Assembly (NCBI RefSeq): GCF_009914755.1
Contig: NC_060943.1
DNA length: 64,000 bases
DNA from: the human T2T-CHM13v2.0 reference genome, Homo sapiens
Direction: 5' to 3' (one strand)
In this document: positions 39,541-53,700 of the stretch, one piece after another
Numbering within the stretch: position 1 is the stretch's first letter
Layout: the number at the start of each line of letters is the position of its first letter
Translations under genes and position numbers: made by a program
The notes under the pieces: generated by a model
What the model was told of the DNA's origin: nothing
The model's input: only the letters and a program-made list of their open reading frames with translations
Database searches by the model: none

Positions 39541-40459
39541 TCTGCAAGTGGATATTCAGACATCTTTGAGGCTTTCGTTGGAAACGGGATTTCTTCATAT
39601 TATGCTAGACAGAAGAATTCTCAGTAACTTCCTTGTGTTGTGTGTATTCAACTCATAGAGTTGAACGATCCTTTACACAGAGCAGACTTGAAACACTCTT
39701 TTTGTGAAATTTGCAAGTGGAGATTTCAGCCGATTTGTGGTCAATGGTAGAATAGGAAATATCTTCCTATAGAAACTAGACAGAATGATTCTGAGAAACT
39801 CCTTTGTGATGTGTGCGTTCAACTCACAGAGTTTAACCTTTCTTTTCATAGAGCAGTTAGGAAACACTCTGTTTGTAAAGTCTGCAAGTGGATATTCAGA
39901 CCTCCTTGAGGCCTTCGTTGGAAACGGGATTTCTTCATATTATGCTAGACAGAAGAATTCTCAGTAACTTCCTTGTGTTTTGTGTATTCAACTCACAGAG
40001 TTGAACGATCCTTTACACAGAGCAGACTTGAAACACTCTTTTTGTGGAATTTGCAAGTGGAGACTTCAGCCGCTTTGAGTTCAATGGTAGAATAGGAAAT
40101 ATCTTCCTATAGAAACTAGACAGAATGATTCTCAGAAACTCCTTTGTGATGTGTGCGTTCAACTCACAGAGTTCAACCTTTCTTTTCATAGAGCAGTTAG
40201 GAAACACTCTGTTTGTAAAGTCTGCAAGTGGATATTCAGACCTCTTTGAGGCCTTCGTTGGAAAGGGGATTTCTTCATATTCTGCTAGAGAGAAGAATTC
40301 TCAGTAACTTCATTGTGTTGTGTGTATTCAACTCACAGATTTCAACGATCCTTTACACAGAGCAGACTTGAAACACTCTTTTTCTGGAATTTGCAAGTGG
40401 AGATTTCAGCCGCTTTGAGGTCAATGGTAGAATAGGAAATATCTTCCTATAGAAACTAG

Positions 40460-43400
40460 ACAGAATGATTCTCAGAAACTCCTTTGTGATGTGTGCGTTC
40501 AACTCACAGAGTTTAACCTTTCTTTTCATAGAGCAGTTAGGAAACACTCTGTTTGTAAAGTCTGCAAGTGGATATTCAGACCTCCTTGAGGCCTTCGTTG
40601 GAAACGGGATTTCTTCCTATTATGCTAGACAGAAGAATTCTCAGTAACTTCCTTGTGTTGTGTGTATTCAACTCACAGAGTTGAATGATCCTTTACACAG
40701 AGCAGACTTGAAACACTCTTTTTGTGGAATTTGCAAGTGGAGATTTCAGCCGCTTTGAGTTCAATGGTAGAATAGGAAATATCTTCCTATAGAAACTAGA
40801 CAGAATGATTCTCAGAAACTCCTTTGTGATGTGTGCGTTCAACTCACAGAGTTTAACCTTTCTTTTCATAGAGCAGTTAGGAAACACTCTGTTTGTAAAG
40901 TCTGCAAGTGGATATTCAGACCTCCTTGAGGCCTTCGTTGGAAACGGGATTTCTTCCTATTATGCTAGACAGAAGAATTCTCAGTAACTTCCTTGTGTTG
41001 TGTGTATTCAACTCACAGAGTTGAACCATCCTTTACACAGAGCAGACTTGAAACACTCTTTTTGTGGAATTTGCAAGTGGAGATTTCAGCCGCTTTGAGG
41101 TCAATGGTAGAAAAGGAAATATCTTCGTATAAAAACTAGACAGAATGATTCTCAGAAACTCCTTTGTGATGTGTGCGTTCAACTCACAGAGTTTAACCTT
41201 TCTTTTCATAGAGCAGTTAGGAAACACTCTGTTTGTAAAGTCTGCAAGTGGATATTCAGACCTCCTTTAGGCCTTCGTTGGAAATGGGATTTCTTCATAT
41301 TATGCTAGACAGAAAAATTCTCAGTAACTTCCTTGTGTTGTGTGTATTCAACTCACAGAGTTGAACGATCCTTTACACAGAGCAGACTTGAAACACTCTT
41401 TTTGTGGAATTTGCAAGTGGAGATTTCAGCCGCTTTGAGTTCAATGGTAGAATTGGAAAGATCTTCCTATAGAAACTAGACAGAATGATTCTCAGAAACT
41501 CCTTTGTGATGTGTGCGTTCAACTCACAGAGTTCAACCTTTCTTTTCATAGAGCAGTTGGGAAACACTCTGTTTGTAAAGTCTGCAAGTGGATATTCAGA
41601 CTTCTTTGAGGCCTTCGTTGGAAGCGGGATTTCTTCATATTCTGCTAGACAGAAGAATTCTCAGTAACTTCCTTGTGTTGTGTGTATTCAACTCACAGAG
41701 TTGAACGATCCTTTACACAGAGCAGACTTGAAACACTCTTTTTGTGGAATTTGCAAGTGGAGATTTCAGCCGCTTTGAGTTCAATGGTAGAATAAGAAAT
41801 ATCTTCCTATAGAAACTAGACAGAATGATTCTCAGAAACTCCTTTGTGATGTGTGCGTTCAACTCACAGAGTTCAACCTTTCTTTTCCTAGAGCAGTTGG
41901 GAAACACTCTGTTTGTAAAGTCTGCAAGTGGATATTCAGACATCCTTGAGGCTTTCGTTGGAAACGGGATTTCTTCATATTCTGCTAGAAAGAAGAATTC
42001 TCAGTAACTTCCTTGTGTTGTGTGTATTCAACTCACAGAGTTGAACGATCCTTTACACAGAGCAGACTTGAAACACTCTTTTTGTGGAATTTGCAAGTGG
42101 AGATTTCAGCCGCTTTGAGGTCAATGGTAGAATAGGAAATATCTTCCTATAGAAACTAGACAGAATGATTCTCAGAAACTCCTTTGTGATGTGTGCGTTC
42201 AACTCACAGAGTTTAACCTTTCTTTTCATAGAGCAGTTAGGAAACGCTCTGTTTGTAAAGTCTGCAAGTGGATATTCAGACATCCTTGAGGCTTTCGTTG
42301 GAAACGGGATTTCTTCATATTCTGCTAGAAAGAATTCTCAGTAACTTCCTTGTGTTGTGTGTATTCAACTCACAGAGTTGAATGATCCTTTACACAGAAC
42401 AGTCTTGAAACACTCTTTTTGTGGAATGTGCAAGTGGAGATTTCAGCCGCTTTGAGGTCAATGGTAGAATAGGAAATATCTTCCTATAGAAACTAGACAG
42501 AATGATTCTCAGAAACTCCTTTGTGATGTGTGCGTTCAACTCACAGAGTTTAACCTTTCTTTTCATAGAGCAGTTAGGAAACACTCTGTTTGTAAAGTCT
42601 GCAAGTGGATATTCAGAAATCTTTGAGGCTTTAGTTGGAAAAGGGATTTCTTCATATTCTGCTAGACAGAAGAATTCTCAGAAAGTTCGTTGTGTTGTGT
42701 GTTTTCAACTCACAGAGTTCAACGATCCTTTACACAGAGTAGACTTGAAACACCCTTTTTGTGGAATTGGCAGGGTGGAGATTTCAGCCGCTTTGAGGTC
42801 AATGGTAGAAAAGGAAATATCTTCGTATAAAAACTAGATAGAGTGATTCTCAGAAACTCCTTCGTGATGTCTGCGTTCAACTCACAGAGTTTAACCTTTC
42901 TTTTCATAGAGCAGTTAGGAAACACTCTGTTTGTAAAGTCTGCAAGTGGATATTCAGACCTCCTTGAGGCCTTCGTTGGAAACGGGATTTCTTCATATTC
43001 TGCTATACAGAAGAATTCTCAGAAACTTCCTTGTGTTGTGTGTATTCAACTCACAGAGTTGAACGATCGTTTACACAGAGCAGACTTGAGACACTCTTTT
43101 TTGGAATTTGTAAGTGGAGATTTCAGCCGCTTTGAAGTCAATGGTAGAAAAGGAAATAAATTCACATAAAAACTAGACAGAATGTTTCTCAGAAACTCCT
43201 TTGTGATGTGTGCGTTCAACTCACAGAGTTTAACCTTTCTTTTCATAGAGCAGTTAGGAAACACTCTGTTTGTAAAGTCTGCAAGTGGATATTCAGACCT
43301 CTTTGAGGCCTTCGTTGGAAACGGGATTTCTTCATATTATGCTAGACAGAAGAATTCTCAGTAACTTCCTTGTGTTGTGTGTATTTAACTCACAGAGTTG

Positions 43401-46400
43401 AATGATCCTTTACACAGAGCAGACTTGAAACACTCTTTTTGTGGAATTTGCAAGTGGAGATTTCAGCCGCTTTGAGGTCAATGGTAGAATAGGAAATATC
43501 TTCGTATAAAAACTAGACAGAATGATTCTCAGAAACTCCTTTGTGATGTGTGCGTTCAACTCACAGAGTTTAACCTTTCTTTTCATAGAGCAGTTAGGAA
43601 ACACTCTGTTTGTAAAGTCTGCAAGTGGATATTCAGACCTCCTTGAGGCCTTCGTTGGAAACGGGATTTCTACATATTATGCTAGACAGAAGAATTCTCA
43701 GTAACTTCCTTGTGTTGTGTGTATTCAACTCACAGAGTTGAACGATCCTTTACACAGAGCAGACTTGAAACACTCTTTTTGTGGAATTTGCAAGTGGAGA
43801 TTTCAGCCTCTTTGTGGTCAATGGTAGAATAGGAAATATCTTCCTATAGAAACTAGACAGAATGATTCTCAGAAACTCCTTTGTGATGTGTGCGTTCAAC
43901 TCACAGAGTTTAACCTTCCTTTTCATAGAGCAGTTAGGAAACACTCTGTTTGTAAAGTCTGCAAGTGGATATTCAGACCTCCTTGAGGCCTTCGTTGGAA
44001 ACGGGATTTCTTCCTATTATGCTAGACAGAAGAATTCTCAGTAACTTCCTTGTGTTGTGTGTATTCAACTCACAGAGTTGAACGATCCTTTACACAGAGC
44101 AGACTTGAAATACTCTTTTTGTGGAATTTGCAAGTGGAGATTTCAGCCGCTTTGAGTTCAATGGTAGAATAGGAAATATCTTCCTATAGAAACTAGACAG
44201 AATGATTCTCAGAAACTCCTTTGTGATGTGTGCGTTCAACTCACAGAGTTTAACCTTTCTTTTCATAGAGCAGTTAGGAAACACTCTGTTTGTAAAGTCT
44301 GCAAGTGGATATTCAGACATCTTTGAGGCTTTCGTTGGAAACGGGATTTCTTCATATTCTGCTAGACAGAAGAATTCTCAGAAACTTCGTTGTGTTGTGT
44401 GTTTTCAACTCACAGAGTTCAACGATCCTTTACACAGAGTAGACTTGAAACACTCTTTTTGTGGAATTGGCAGGGTGGAGATTTCAGCCGCTTTGAGGTC
44501 AATGGAAGAAAAGGAAATATCTTCGTATAAAAACTAGACAGAGTGATTCTCAGAAACTCCTTTGTGATGTCTGCGTTCAACTCACAGAGTTTAACCTTTC
44601 TTTTCATAGAGCAGTTAGGAAACACTCTGTTTGTAAAGTCTGCAAGTGGATATTCAGACCTCCTTGAGGCCTTCGTTGGAAACGGGATTTCTTCATATTC
44701 TGCTATACAGAAGAATTCTCAGAAACTTCCTTGTGTTGTGTGTATTCAACTCACAGAGTTGAACGATCGTTTACACAGAGCAGACTTGAGACACTCATTT
44801 GTGGAATTTGTAAGTGGAGATTTCAGCCGCTTTGAGGTCAATGGTAGAAAAGGAAATATCTTCATATAAAAACTAGACAGAATGATTCTCAGAAACTCCT
44901 TTGCGATGTGTGCGTTCAACTCACAGAGTTTAACCTTTCTTTTCATAGAGCAGTTAGGAAACACTCTGTTTGTAAAGTCTGCAAGTGGATATTCAGACAT
45001 CTTTGAGGCTTTCGTTGGAAACGGGATTTCTTCATATTCTGCTAGACAGAAGAATTGTCAGAAACTTCGTTGTGTTGTGTGTTTTCAACTCACAGAGTTG
45101 AACGATCCTTTACACAGAATAGACTTGAAACACTCTTTTTGTGGAATTTGCAAGTGGAGATTTCAGCCGCTTTGAGGTCAATGGTAGAAAAGGAAATATC
45201 TTCGTATAAAAACTAGACAGAATGATTCTGAGAAACTCCTTTGTGATGTGTGCGTTCAACTCACAGAGTTTAACCTTTCTTTTCATAGAGCAGTTAGGAA
45301 ACACTCTGTTTGTAAAGTCTGCAAGTGGATATTCAGACCTCCTTGAGGCCTTCGTTGGAAACGGGATTTCTTCATATTATGCTAGACAGAAGAATTCTCA
45401 GTAACTTCCTTGTGTTGTGTGTATTCAACTCACAGAGTTGAACGATCCTTTACACAGAGCAGACTTGAAACACTCTTTTTGTGAAATTTGCAAGTGGAGA
45501 TTTCAGCCGCTTTGTGGTCAATGGTAGAATAGGAAATATCTTCCTATAGAAACTAGACAGAATGATTCTCAGAAACTCCTTTGTGATGTGTGCGTTCAAC
45601 TCACAGAGTTTAACCTTTCTTTTCATAGAGCCGTTAGGAAACACTCTGTTTGTAAAGTCTGCAAGTGGATACTCAGACGTCTTTGAGGCCTTCGTTGGAA
45701 GCGGGATTTCTTCATATTCTGCTAGACAGAAGAATTCTCAGTAACTTCCTTGTGTTGTGTGAATTCAACTCACAGAGTTGAACGATCCTTTACACAGAGC
45801 AGACTTGAAACACTGTTTTTGTGGAATTTGCCAGTGGAGATTTCAGCCGCTTTGAGGTCAATGGTAGAATAGGAAATATCTTCCTATAGAAACTAGACAG
45901 AATGATTCTCAGAAACTCCTTTGTGATGTGTGCGTTCAACTCACAGAGTTTAACCTGTCTTTTCATAGAGCAGTTAGGAAACACTCTGTTTGTAAAGTCT
46001 GCAAGTGGATATTCAGACATCCTTGAGGCTTTCGTTGGAAACGGGATTTCTTCATATTCTGCTAGAAAGAAGAATTGTCAGTAACTTCCTTGTGTTGTGT
46101 GTATTCAACTCACAGAGTTGAATGATCCTTTACACAGAGCAGACTTGAAACACTCTTTATGTGGAATTTGCAAGTGGAGATTTCAGCCGCTTTGAGTTCA
46201 ATGGTAGAATAGGAAATATCTTCCTATAGAAACTAGACAGAATGATTCTCAGAAACTCCTTTGTGATGTGTGCGTTCAACTCACAGAGTTCAACCTTTCT
46301 TTTCATAGAGCAGTTGGGAAACACTCTGTTTGTAAAGTCTGCAAGTGGATATTCAGACTTCTTTGAGGCCTTCGTTGGAAGCGGGATTTCTTCATATTCT

Positions 46401-49400
46401 GCTAGACAGAAGAATTCTCAGTAACTTCCTTGTGTTGTGTGTATTCAACTCACAGAGTTGAACGATCCTTTACACAGAGCAGACTTGAAACACTCTTTTT
46501 GTGGAATTTGCCAGTGGAGATTTCAGCCTCTTTGAGGTCAATGGTAGAATTGGAAATATCTTCCTATAGAAACTAGACAGAATGATTCTCAGAAACTCCT
46601 TTGTGATGTGTGCGTTCAACTCACAGAGTTTAACCTTTCTTTTCATAGGGCAGTTAGGAAACACTCTGTTTGTAAAGTCTGCAAGTGGATATTCAGACAT
46701 CCTTGAGGCTTTCGTTGGAAACGGGATTTCTTCATATTCTGCTAGAAAGAAGAATTCTCAGTAACTTCCTTGTGTTGTGTGTATTCAACTCACAGACTTG
46801 AATGATCCTTTACACAGAACAGTCTTGAAACACTCTTTTTGTGGAATTTGCAAATGGAGATTTCAGCCGCTTTGAGGTCAATGGTAGAATAGGAAATATC
46901 TTCCTATAGAAACTAGACAGAATGATTCTCAGAAACTCCTTTGTGATGTGTGCGTTCAACTCACAGAGTTTAACCTTTCTTTTCATAGAGCAGTTAGGAA
47001 ACACTCTGTTTGTAAAGTCTGCAAGTGGATATTCAGACCTCCTTGAGGCCTTCGTTGGAAACGGGATTTCTTCCTATTATGCTAGACAGAAGAATTCTCA
47101 GTAACTTCCTTGTGTTGTGTGTATTCAACTCACAGAGTTGAATGATCCTTTACACAGAGCAGACTTGAAACACTCTTTTTGTGGAATTTGCAAGTGGAGA
47201 TTTCAGCCGCTTTGAGTTCAATGGTAGAATAGGAAATATCTTCCTATAGAAACTAGACAGAATGATTCTCAGAAACTCCTTTGTGATGTGTGCGTTCAAC
47301 TCACAGAGTTTAACCTTTCTTTTCATAGAGCAGTTAGGAAACACTCTGTTTGTAAAGTCTGCAAGTGGATATTCAGACCTCCTTGAGGCCTTCGTTGGAA
47401 ACGGGATTTCTTCCTATTATGCTAGACAGAAGAATTCTCAGTAACTTCCTTGTGTTGTGTGTATTCAACTCACAGAGTTGAACCATCCTTTACACAGAGC
47501 AGACTTGAAACACTCTTTTTGTGGAATTTGCAAGTGGAGATTTCAGCCGCTTTGAGGTCAATGGTAGAAAAGGAAATATCTTCGTATAAAAACTAGACAG
47601 AATGATTCTCAGAAACTCCTTTGTGATGTGTGCGTTCAACTCACAGAGTTTAACCTTTCTTTTCATAGAGCAGTTAGGAAACACTCTGTTTGTAAAGTCT
47701 GCAAGTGGATATTCAGACCTCCTTTAGGCCTTCGTTGGAAATGGGATTTCTTCATATTATGCTAGACAGAAAAATTCTCAGTAACTTCCTTGTGTTGTGT
47801 GTATTCAACTCACAGAGTTGAACGATCCTTTACACAGAGCAGACTTGAAACACTCTTTTTGTGGAATTTGCAAGTGGAGATTTCAGCCGCTTTGAGGTCA
47901 ATGGTAGAATAGGAAATATCTTCCTATAGAAACTAGACAGAATGATTCTCAGAAACTCCTTTGTGATGTGTGCGTTCAACTCACAGAGTTTAACCTTTCT
48001 TTTCATAGAGCAGTTAGGAAACACTCTGTTTGTAAAGTCTGCAAGTGGATATTCAGACCTCCTTGAGGCCTTCGTTGGAAACGGGTTTTCTTCATATTAT
48101 GCTAGACAGAAGAATTCTCAGTAACTTCCTTGTGTTGTGTGTATTCAACTCACAGAGTTGAACGATCCTTTACACAGAGCAGACTTGAAACACTCTTTTT
48201 GTGGAATTTGCAAGTGGAGATTTCAGCCGCTTTGAGTTCAATGGTAGAATAAGAAATATCTTCCTATAGAAACTAGACAGAATGATTCTCAGAAACTCCT
48301 TTGTGATGTGTGCGTTCAACTCACAGAGTTTAACCTTTCTTTTCATAGAGCAGTTAGGAAACACTCTGTTTGTAAAGTCTGCAAGTGGATATTCAGACCT
48401 CCTTGAGGCCTTCGTTGGAAACGGGATTTCTTCATATTATGCTAGACAGAAGAATTCTCAGTAACTTCCTTGTGTTTTGTGTATTCAACTCACAGAGTTG
48501 AACGATCCTTTACACAGAGCAGACTTGAAACACTCTTTTTGTGGAATTTGCAAGTGGAGATTTCAGCCGCTTTGAGTTCAATGGTAGAATTGGAAAGATC
48601 TTCCTATAGAAACTAGACAGAATGATTCTCAGAAACTCCTTTGTGATGTGTGCGTTCAACTCACAGAGTTCAACCTTTCTTTTCATAGAGCAGTTGGGAA
48701 ACACTCTGTTTGTAAAGTCTGCAAGTGGATATTCAGACTTCTTTGAGGCCTTCGTTGGAAGCGGGATTTCTTCATATTCTGCTAGACAGAAGAATTCTCA
48801 GTAACTTCCTTGTGTTGTGTGTATTCAACTCACAGAGTTGAACGATCCTTTACACAGAGCAGACTTGAAACACTCTTTTTGTGGAATTTGCAAGTGGAGA
48901 TTTCAGCCGCTTTGAGTTCAATGGTAGAATAAGAAATATCTTCCTATAGAAACTAGACAGAATGATTCTCAGAAACTCCTTTGTGATGTGTGCGTTCAAC
49001 TCACAGAGTTCAACCTTTCTTTTCCTAGAGCAGTTGGGAAACACTCTGTTTGTAAAGTCTGCAAGTGGATATTCAGACATCCTTGAGGCTTTCGTTGGAA
49101 ACGGGATTTCTTCATATTCTGCTAGAAAGAAGAATTCTCAGTAACTTCCTTGTGTTGTGTGTATTCAACTCACAGAGTTGAACGATCCTTTACACAGAGC
49201 AGACTTGAAACACTCTTTTTGTGGAATTTGCAAGTGGAGATTTCAGCCGCTTTGAGGTCAATGGTAGAATAGGAAATATCTTCCTATAGAAACTAGACAG
49301 AATGATTCTCAGAAACTCCTTTGTGATGTGTGCGTTCAACTCACAGAGTTTAACCTTTCTTTTCATAGAGCAGTTAGGAAACGCTCTGTTTGTAAAGTCT

Positions 49401-52400
49401 GCAAGTGGATATTCAGACATCCTTGAGGCTTTCGTTGGAAACGGGATTTCTTCATATTCTGCTAGAAAGAATTCTCAGTAACTTCCTTGTGTTGTGTGTA
49501 TTCAACTCACAGAGTTGAATGATCCTTTACACAGAACAGTCTTGAAACACTCTTTTTGTGGAATGTGCAAGTGGAGATTTCAGCCGCTTTGAGGTCAATG
49601 GTAGAATAGGAAATATCTTCCTATAGAAACTAGACAGAATGATTCTCAGAAACTCCTTTGTGATGTGTGCGTTCAACTCACAGAGTTTAACCTTTCTTTT
49701 CATAGAGCAGTTAGGAAACACTCTGTTTGTAAAGTCTGCAAGTGGATATTCAGAAATCTTTGAGGCTTTAGTTGGAAAAGGGATTTCTTCATATTCTGCT
49801 AGACAGAAGAATTCTCAGAAAGTTCGTTGTGTTGTGTGTTTTCAACTCACAGAGTTCAACGATCCTTTACACAGAGTAGACTTGAAACACCCTTTTTGTG
49901 GAATTGGCAGGGTGGAGATTTCAGCCGCTTTGAGGTCAATGGTTGAAAAGGAAATATCTTCGTATAAAAACTAGACAGAGTGATTCTCAGAAACTCCTTC
50001 GTGATGTCTGCGTTCAACTCACAGAGTTTAACCTTTCTTTTCATAGAGCAGTTAGGAAACACTCTGTTTGTAAAGTCTGCAAGTGGATATTCAGACCTCC
50101 TTGAGGCCTTCGTTGGAAACGGGATTTCTTCATATTCTGCTATACAGAAGAATTCTCAGAAACTTCCTTGTGTTGTGTGTATTCAACTCACAGAGTTGAA
50201 CGATCGTTTACACAGAGCAGACTTGAGACACTCTTTTTTGGAATTTGTAAGTGGAGATTTCAGCCGCTTTGAAGTCAATGGTAGAAAAGGAAATATCTTC
50301 ACATAAAAACTAGACAGAATGTTTCTCAGAAACTCCTTTGTGATGTGTGCGTTCAACTCACAGAGTTTAACCTTTCTTTTCATAGAGCAGTTAGGAAACA
50401 CTCTGTTTGTAAAGTCTGCAAGTGGATATTCAGACCTCTTTGAGGCCTTCGTTGGAAACGGGATTTCTTCATATTATGCTAGACAGAAGAATTCTCAGTA
50501 ACTTCCTTGTGTTGTGTGTATTTAACTCACAGAGTTGAACGATCCTTTACACAGAGCAGACTTGAAACACTCTTTTTGTGGAATTTGCAAGTGGAGATTT
50601 CAGCCGCTTTGAGGTCAATGGTAGAATAGGAAATATCTTCGTATAAAAACTAGACAGAATGATTCTCAGAAACACCTTTGTGATGTGTGCGTTCAACTCA
50701 CAGAGTTTAACCTTTCTTTTCATAGAGCAGTTAGGAAACACTCTGTTTGTAAAGTCTGCAAGTGGATATTCAGACCTCCTTGAGGCCTTCGTTGGAAACG
50801 GGATTTCTACATATTATGCTAGACAGAAGAATTCTCAGTAACTTCCTTGTGTTGTGTGTATTCAACTCACAGAGTTGAACGATCCTTTACACAGAGCAGA
50901 CTTGAAACACTCTTTTTGTGGAATTTGCAAGTGGAGATTTCAGCCTCTTTGTGGTCAATGGTAGAATAGGAAATATCTTCCTATAGAAACTAGACAGAAT
51001 GATTCTCAGAAACTCCTTTGTGATGTGTGCGTTCAACTCACAGAGTTTAACCTTTCTTTTCATAGAGCAGTTAGGAAACACTCTGTTTGTAAAGTCTGCA
51101 AGTGGATATTCAGACCTCCTTGAGGCCTTCGTTGGAAACGGGATTTCTTCCTATTATGCTAGACAGAAGAATTCTCAGTAACTTCCTTGTGTTGTGTGTA
51201 TTCAACTCACAGAGTTGAACGATCCTTTACACAGAGCAGACTTGAAATACTCTTTTTGTGGAATTTGCAAGTGGAGATTTCAGCCGCTTTGAGTTCAATG
51301 GTAGAATAGGAAATATCTTCCTATAGAAACTAGACAGAATGATTCTCAGAAACTCCTTTGTGATGTGTGCGTTCAACTCACAGAGTTTAACCTTTCTTTT
51401 CATAGAGCAGTTAGGAAACACTCTGTTTGTAAAGTCTGCAAGTGGATATTCAGACATCTTTGAGGCTTTCGTTGGAAACGGGATTTCTTCATATTCTGCT
51501 AGACAGAAGAATTCTCAGAAACTTCGTTGTGTTGTGTGTTTTCAACTCACAGAGTTCAACGATCCTTTACACAGAGTAGACTTGAAACACTCTTTTTGTG
51601 GAATTGGCAGGGTGGAGATTTCAGCCGCTTTGAGGTCAATGGAAGAAAAGGAAATATCTTCGTATAAAAACTAGACAGAGTGATTCTCAGAAACTCCTTT
51701 GTGATGTCTGCGTTCAACTCACAGAGTTTAACCTTTCTTTTCATAGAGCAGTTAGGAAACACTCTGTTTGTAAAGTCTGCAAGTGGATATTCAGACCTCC
51801 TTGAGGCCTTCGTTGGAAACGGGATTTCTTCATATTCTGCTATACAGAAGAATTCTCAGAAACTTCCTTGTGTTGTGTGTATTCAACTCACAGAGTTGAA
51901 CGATCGTTTACACAGAGCAGACTTGAGACACTCATTTGTGGAATTTGTAAGTGGAGATTTCAGCCGCTTTGAGGTCAATGGTAGAAAAGGAAATATCTTC
52001 GTATAAAAACTAGACAGAGTGATTCTCAGAAACTCCTTCGTGATGTCTGCGTTCAACTCACAGAGTTTAACCTTTCTTTTCATAGAGCAGTTAGGAAACA
52101 CTCTGTTTGTAAAGTCTGCAAGTGGATATTCAGACCTCCTTGAGGCCTTCGTTGGAAACGGGATTTCTTCATATTATGCTAGACAGAAGAATTCTCAGTA
52201 ACTTCCTTGTGTTGTGTGTATTCAACTCACAGAGTTGAACGATCCTTTACACAGAGCAGACTTGAAACACTCTTTTTGTGAAATTTGCAAGTGGAGATTT
52301 CAGCCGCTTTGTGGTCAATGGTAGAATAGGAAATATCTTCCTATAGAAACTAGACAGAATGATTCTCAGAAACTCCTTTGTGATGTGTGCGTTCAACTCA

Positions 52401-53700
52401 CAGAGTTTAACCTTTCTTTTCATAGAGCCGTTAGGAAACACTCTGTTTGTAAAGTCTGCAAGTGGATACTCAGACGTCTTTGAGGCCTTCGTTGGAAGCG
52501 GGATTTCTTCATATTCTGCTAGACAGAAGAATTCTCAGTAACTTCCTTGTGTTTTGTGAATTCAACTCACAGAGTTGAACGATCCTTTACACAGAGCAGA
52601 CTTGAAACACTGTTTTTGTGGAATTTGCCAGTGGAGATTTCAGCCGCTTTGAGGTCAATGGTAGAATAGGAAATATCTTCCTATAGAAACTAGACAGAAT
52701 GATTCTCAGAAACTCCTTTGTGATGTGTGCGTTCAACTCACAGAGTTTAACCTGTCTTTTCATAGAGCAGTTAGGAAACACTCTGTTTGTAAAGTCTGCA
52801 AGTGGATATTCAGACATCCTTGAGGCTTTCGTTGGAAACGGGATTTCTTCATATTCTGCTAGAAAGAAGAATTGTCAGTAACTTCCTTGTGTTGTGTGTA
52901 TTCAACTCACAGAGTTGAATGATCCTTTACACAGAGCAGACTTGAAACACTCTTTATGTGGAATTTGCAAGTGGAGATTTCAGCCGCTTTGAGTTCAATG
53001 GTAGAATAGGAAATATCTTCCTATAGAAACTAGACAGAATGATTCTCAGAAACTCCTTTGTGATGTGTGCGTTCAACTCACAGAGTTCAACCTTTCTTTT
53101 CATAGAGCAGTTGGGAAACACTCTGTTTGTAAAGTCTGCAAGTGGATATTCAGACTTCTTTGAGGCCTTCGTTGGAAGCGGGATTTCTTCATATTCTGCT
53201 AGACAGAAGAATTCTCAGTAACTTCCTTGTGTTGTGTGTATTCAACTCACAGAGTTGAACGATCCTTTACACAGAGCAGACTTGAAACACTCTTTTTGTG
53301 GAATTTGCCAGTGGAGATTTCAGCCTCTTTGAGGTCAATGGTAGAATTGGAAATATCTTCCTATAGAAACTAGACAGAATGATTCTCAGAAACTCCTTTG
53401 TGATGTGTGCGTTCAACTCACAGAGTTTAACCTTTCTTTTCATAGGGCAGTTAGGAAACACTCTGTTTGTAAAGTCTGCAAGTGGATATTCAGACATCCT
53501 TGAGGCTTTCGTTGGAAACGGGATTTCTTCATATTCTGCTAGAAAGAAGAATTCTCAGTAACTTCCTTGTGTTGTGTGTATTCAACTCACAGACTTGAAT
53601 GATCCTTTACACAGAACAGTCTTGAAACACTCTTTTTGTGGAATTTGCAAATGGAGATTTCAGCCCCTTTGAGGTCAATGGTAGAATAGGAAATATCTTC
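40460..53700 (+). repeat. Tandem duplication of a 19-dimer block (6457 bp) with dimer gain and loss in the second copy
   Basis: Shared markers: GAACCATC, CCTTTAGG, AAAAATTC, AAACGCTCT, 3-bp AAG deletion, TTAGTTGGAAAAGGG, AATGTTTCTC, GAGCCGTT, CATAGGGCAG. Offsets are 6457, then 7137, then 6797. Confidence 0.92.
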
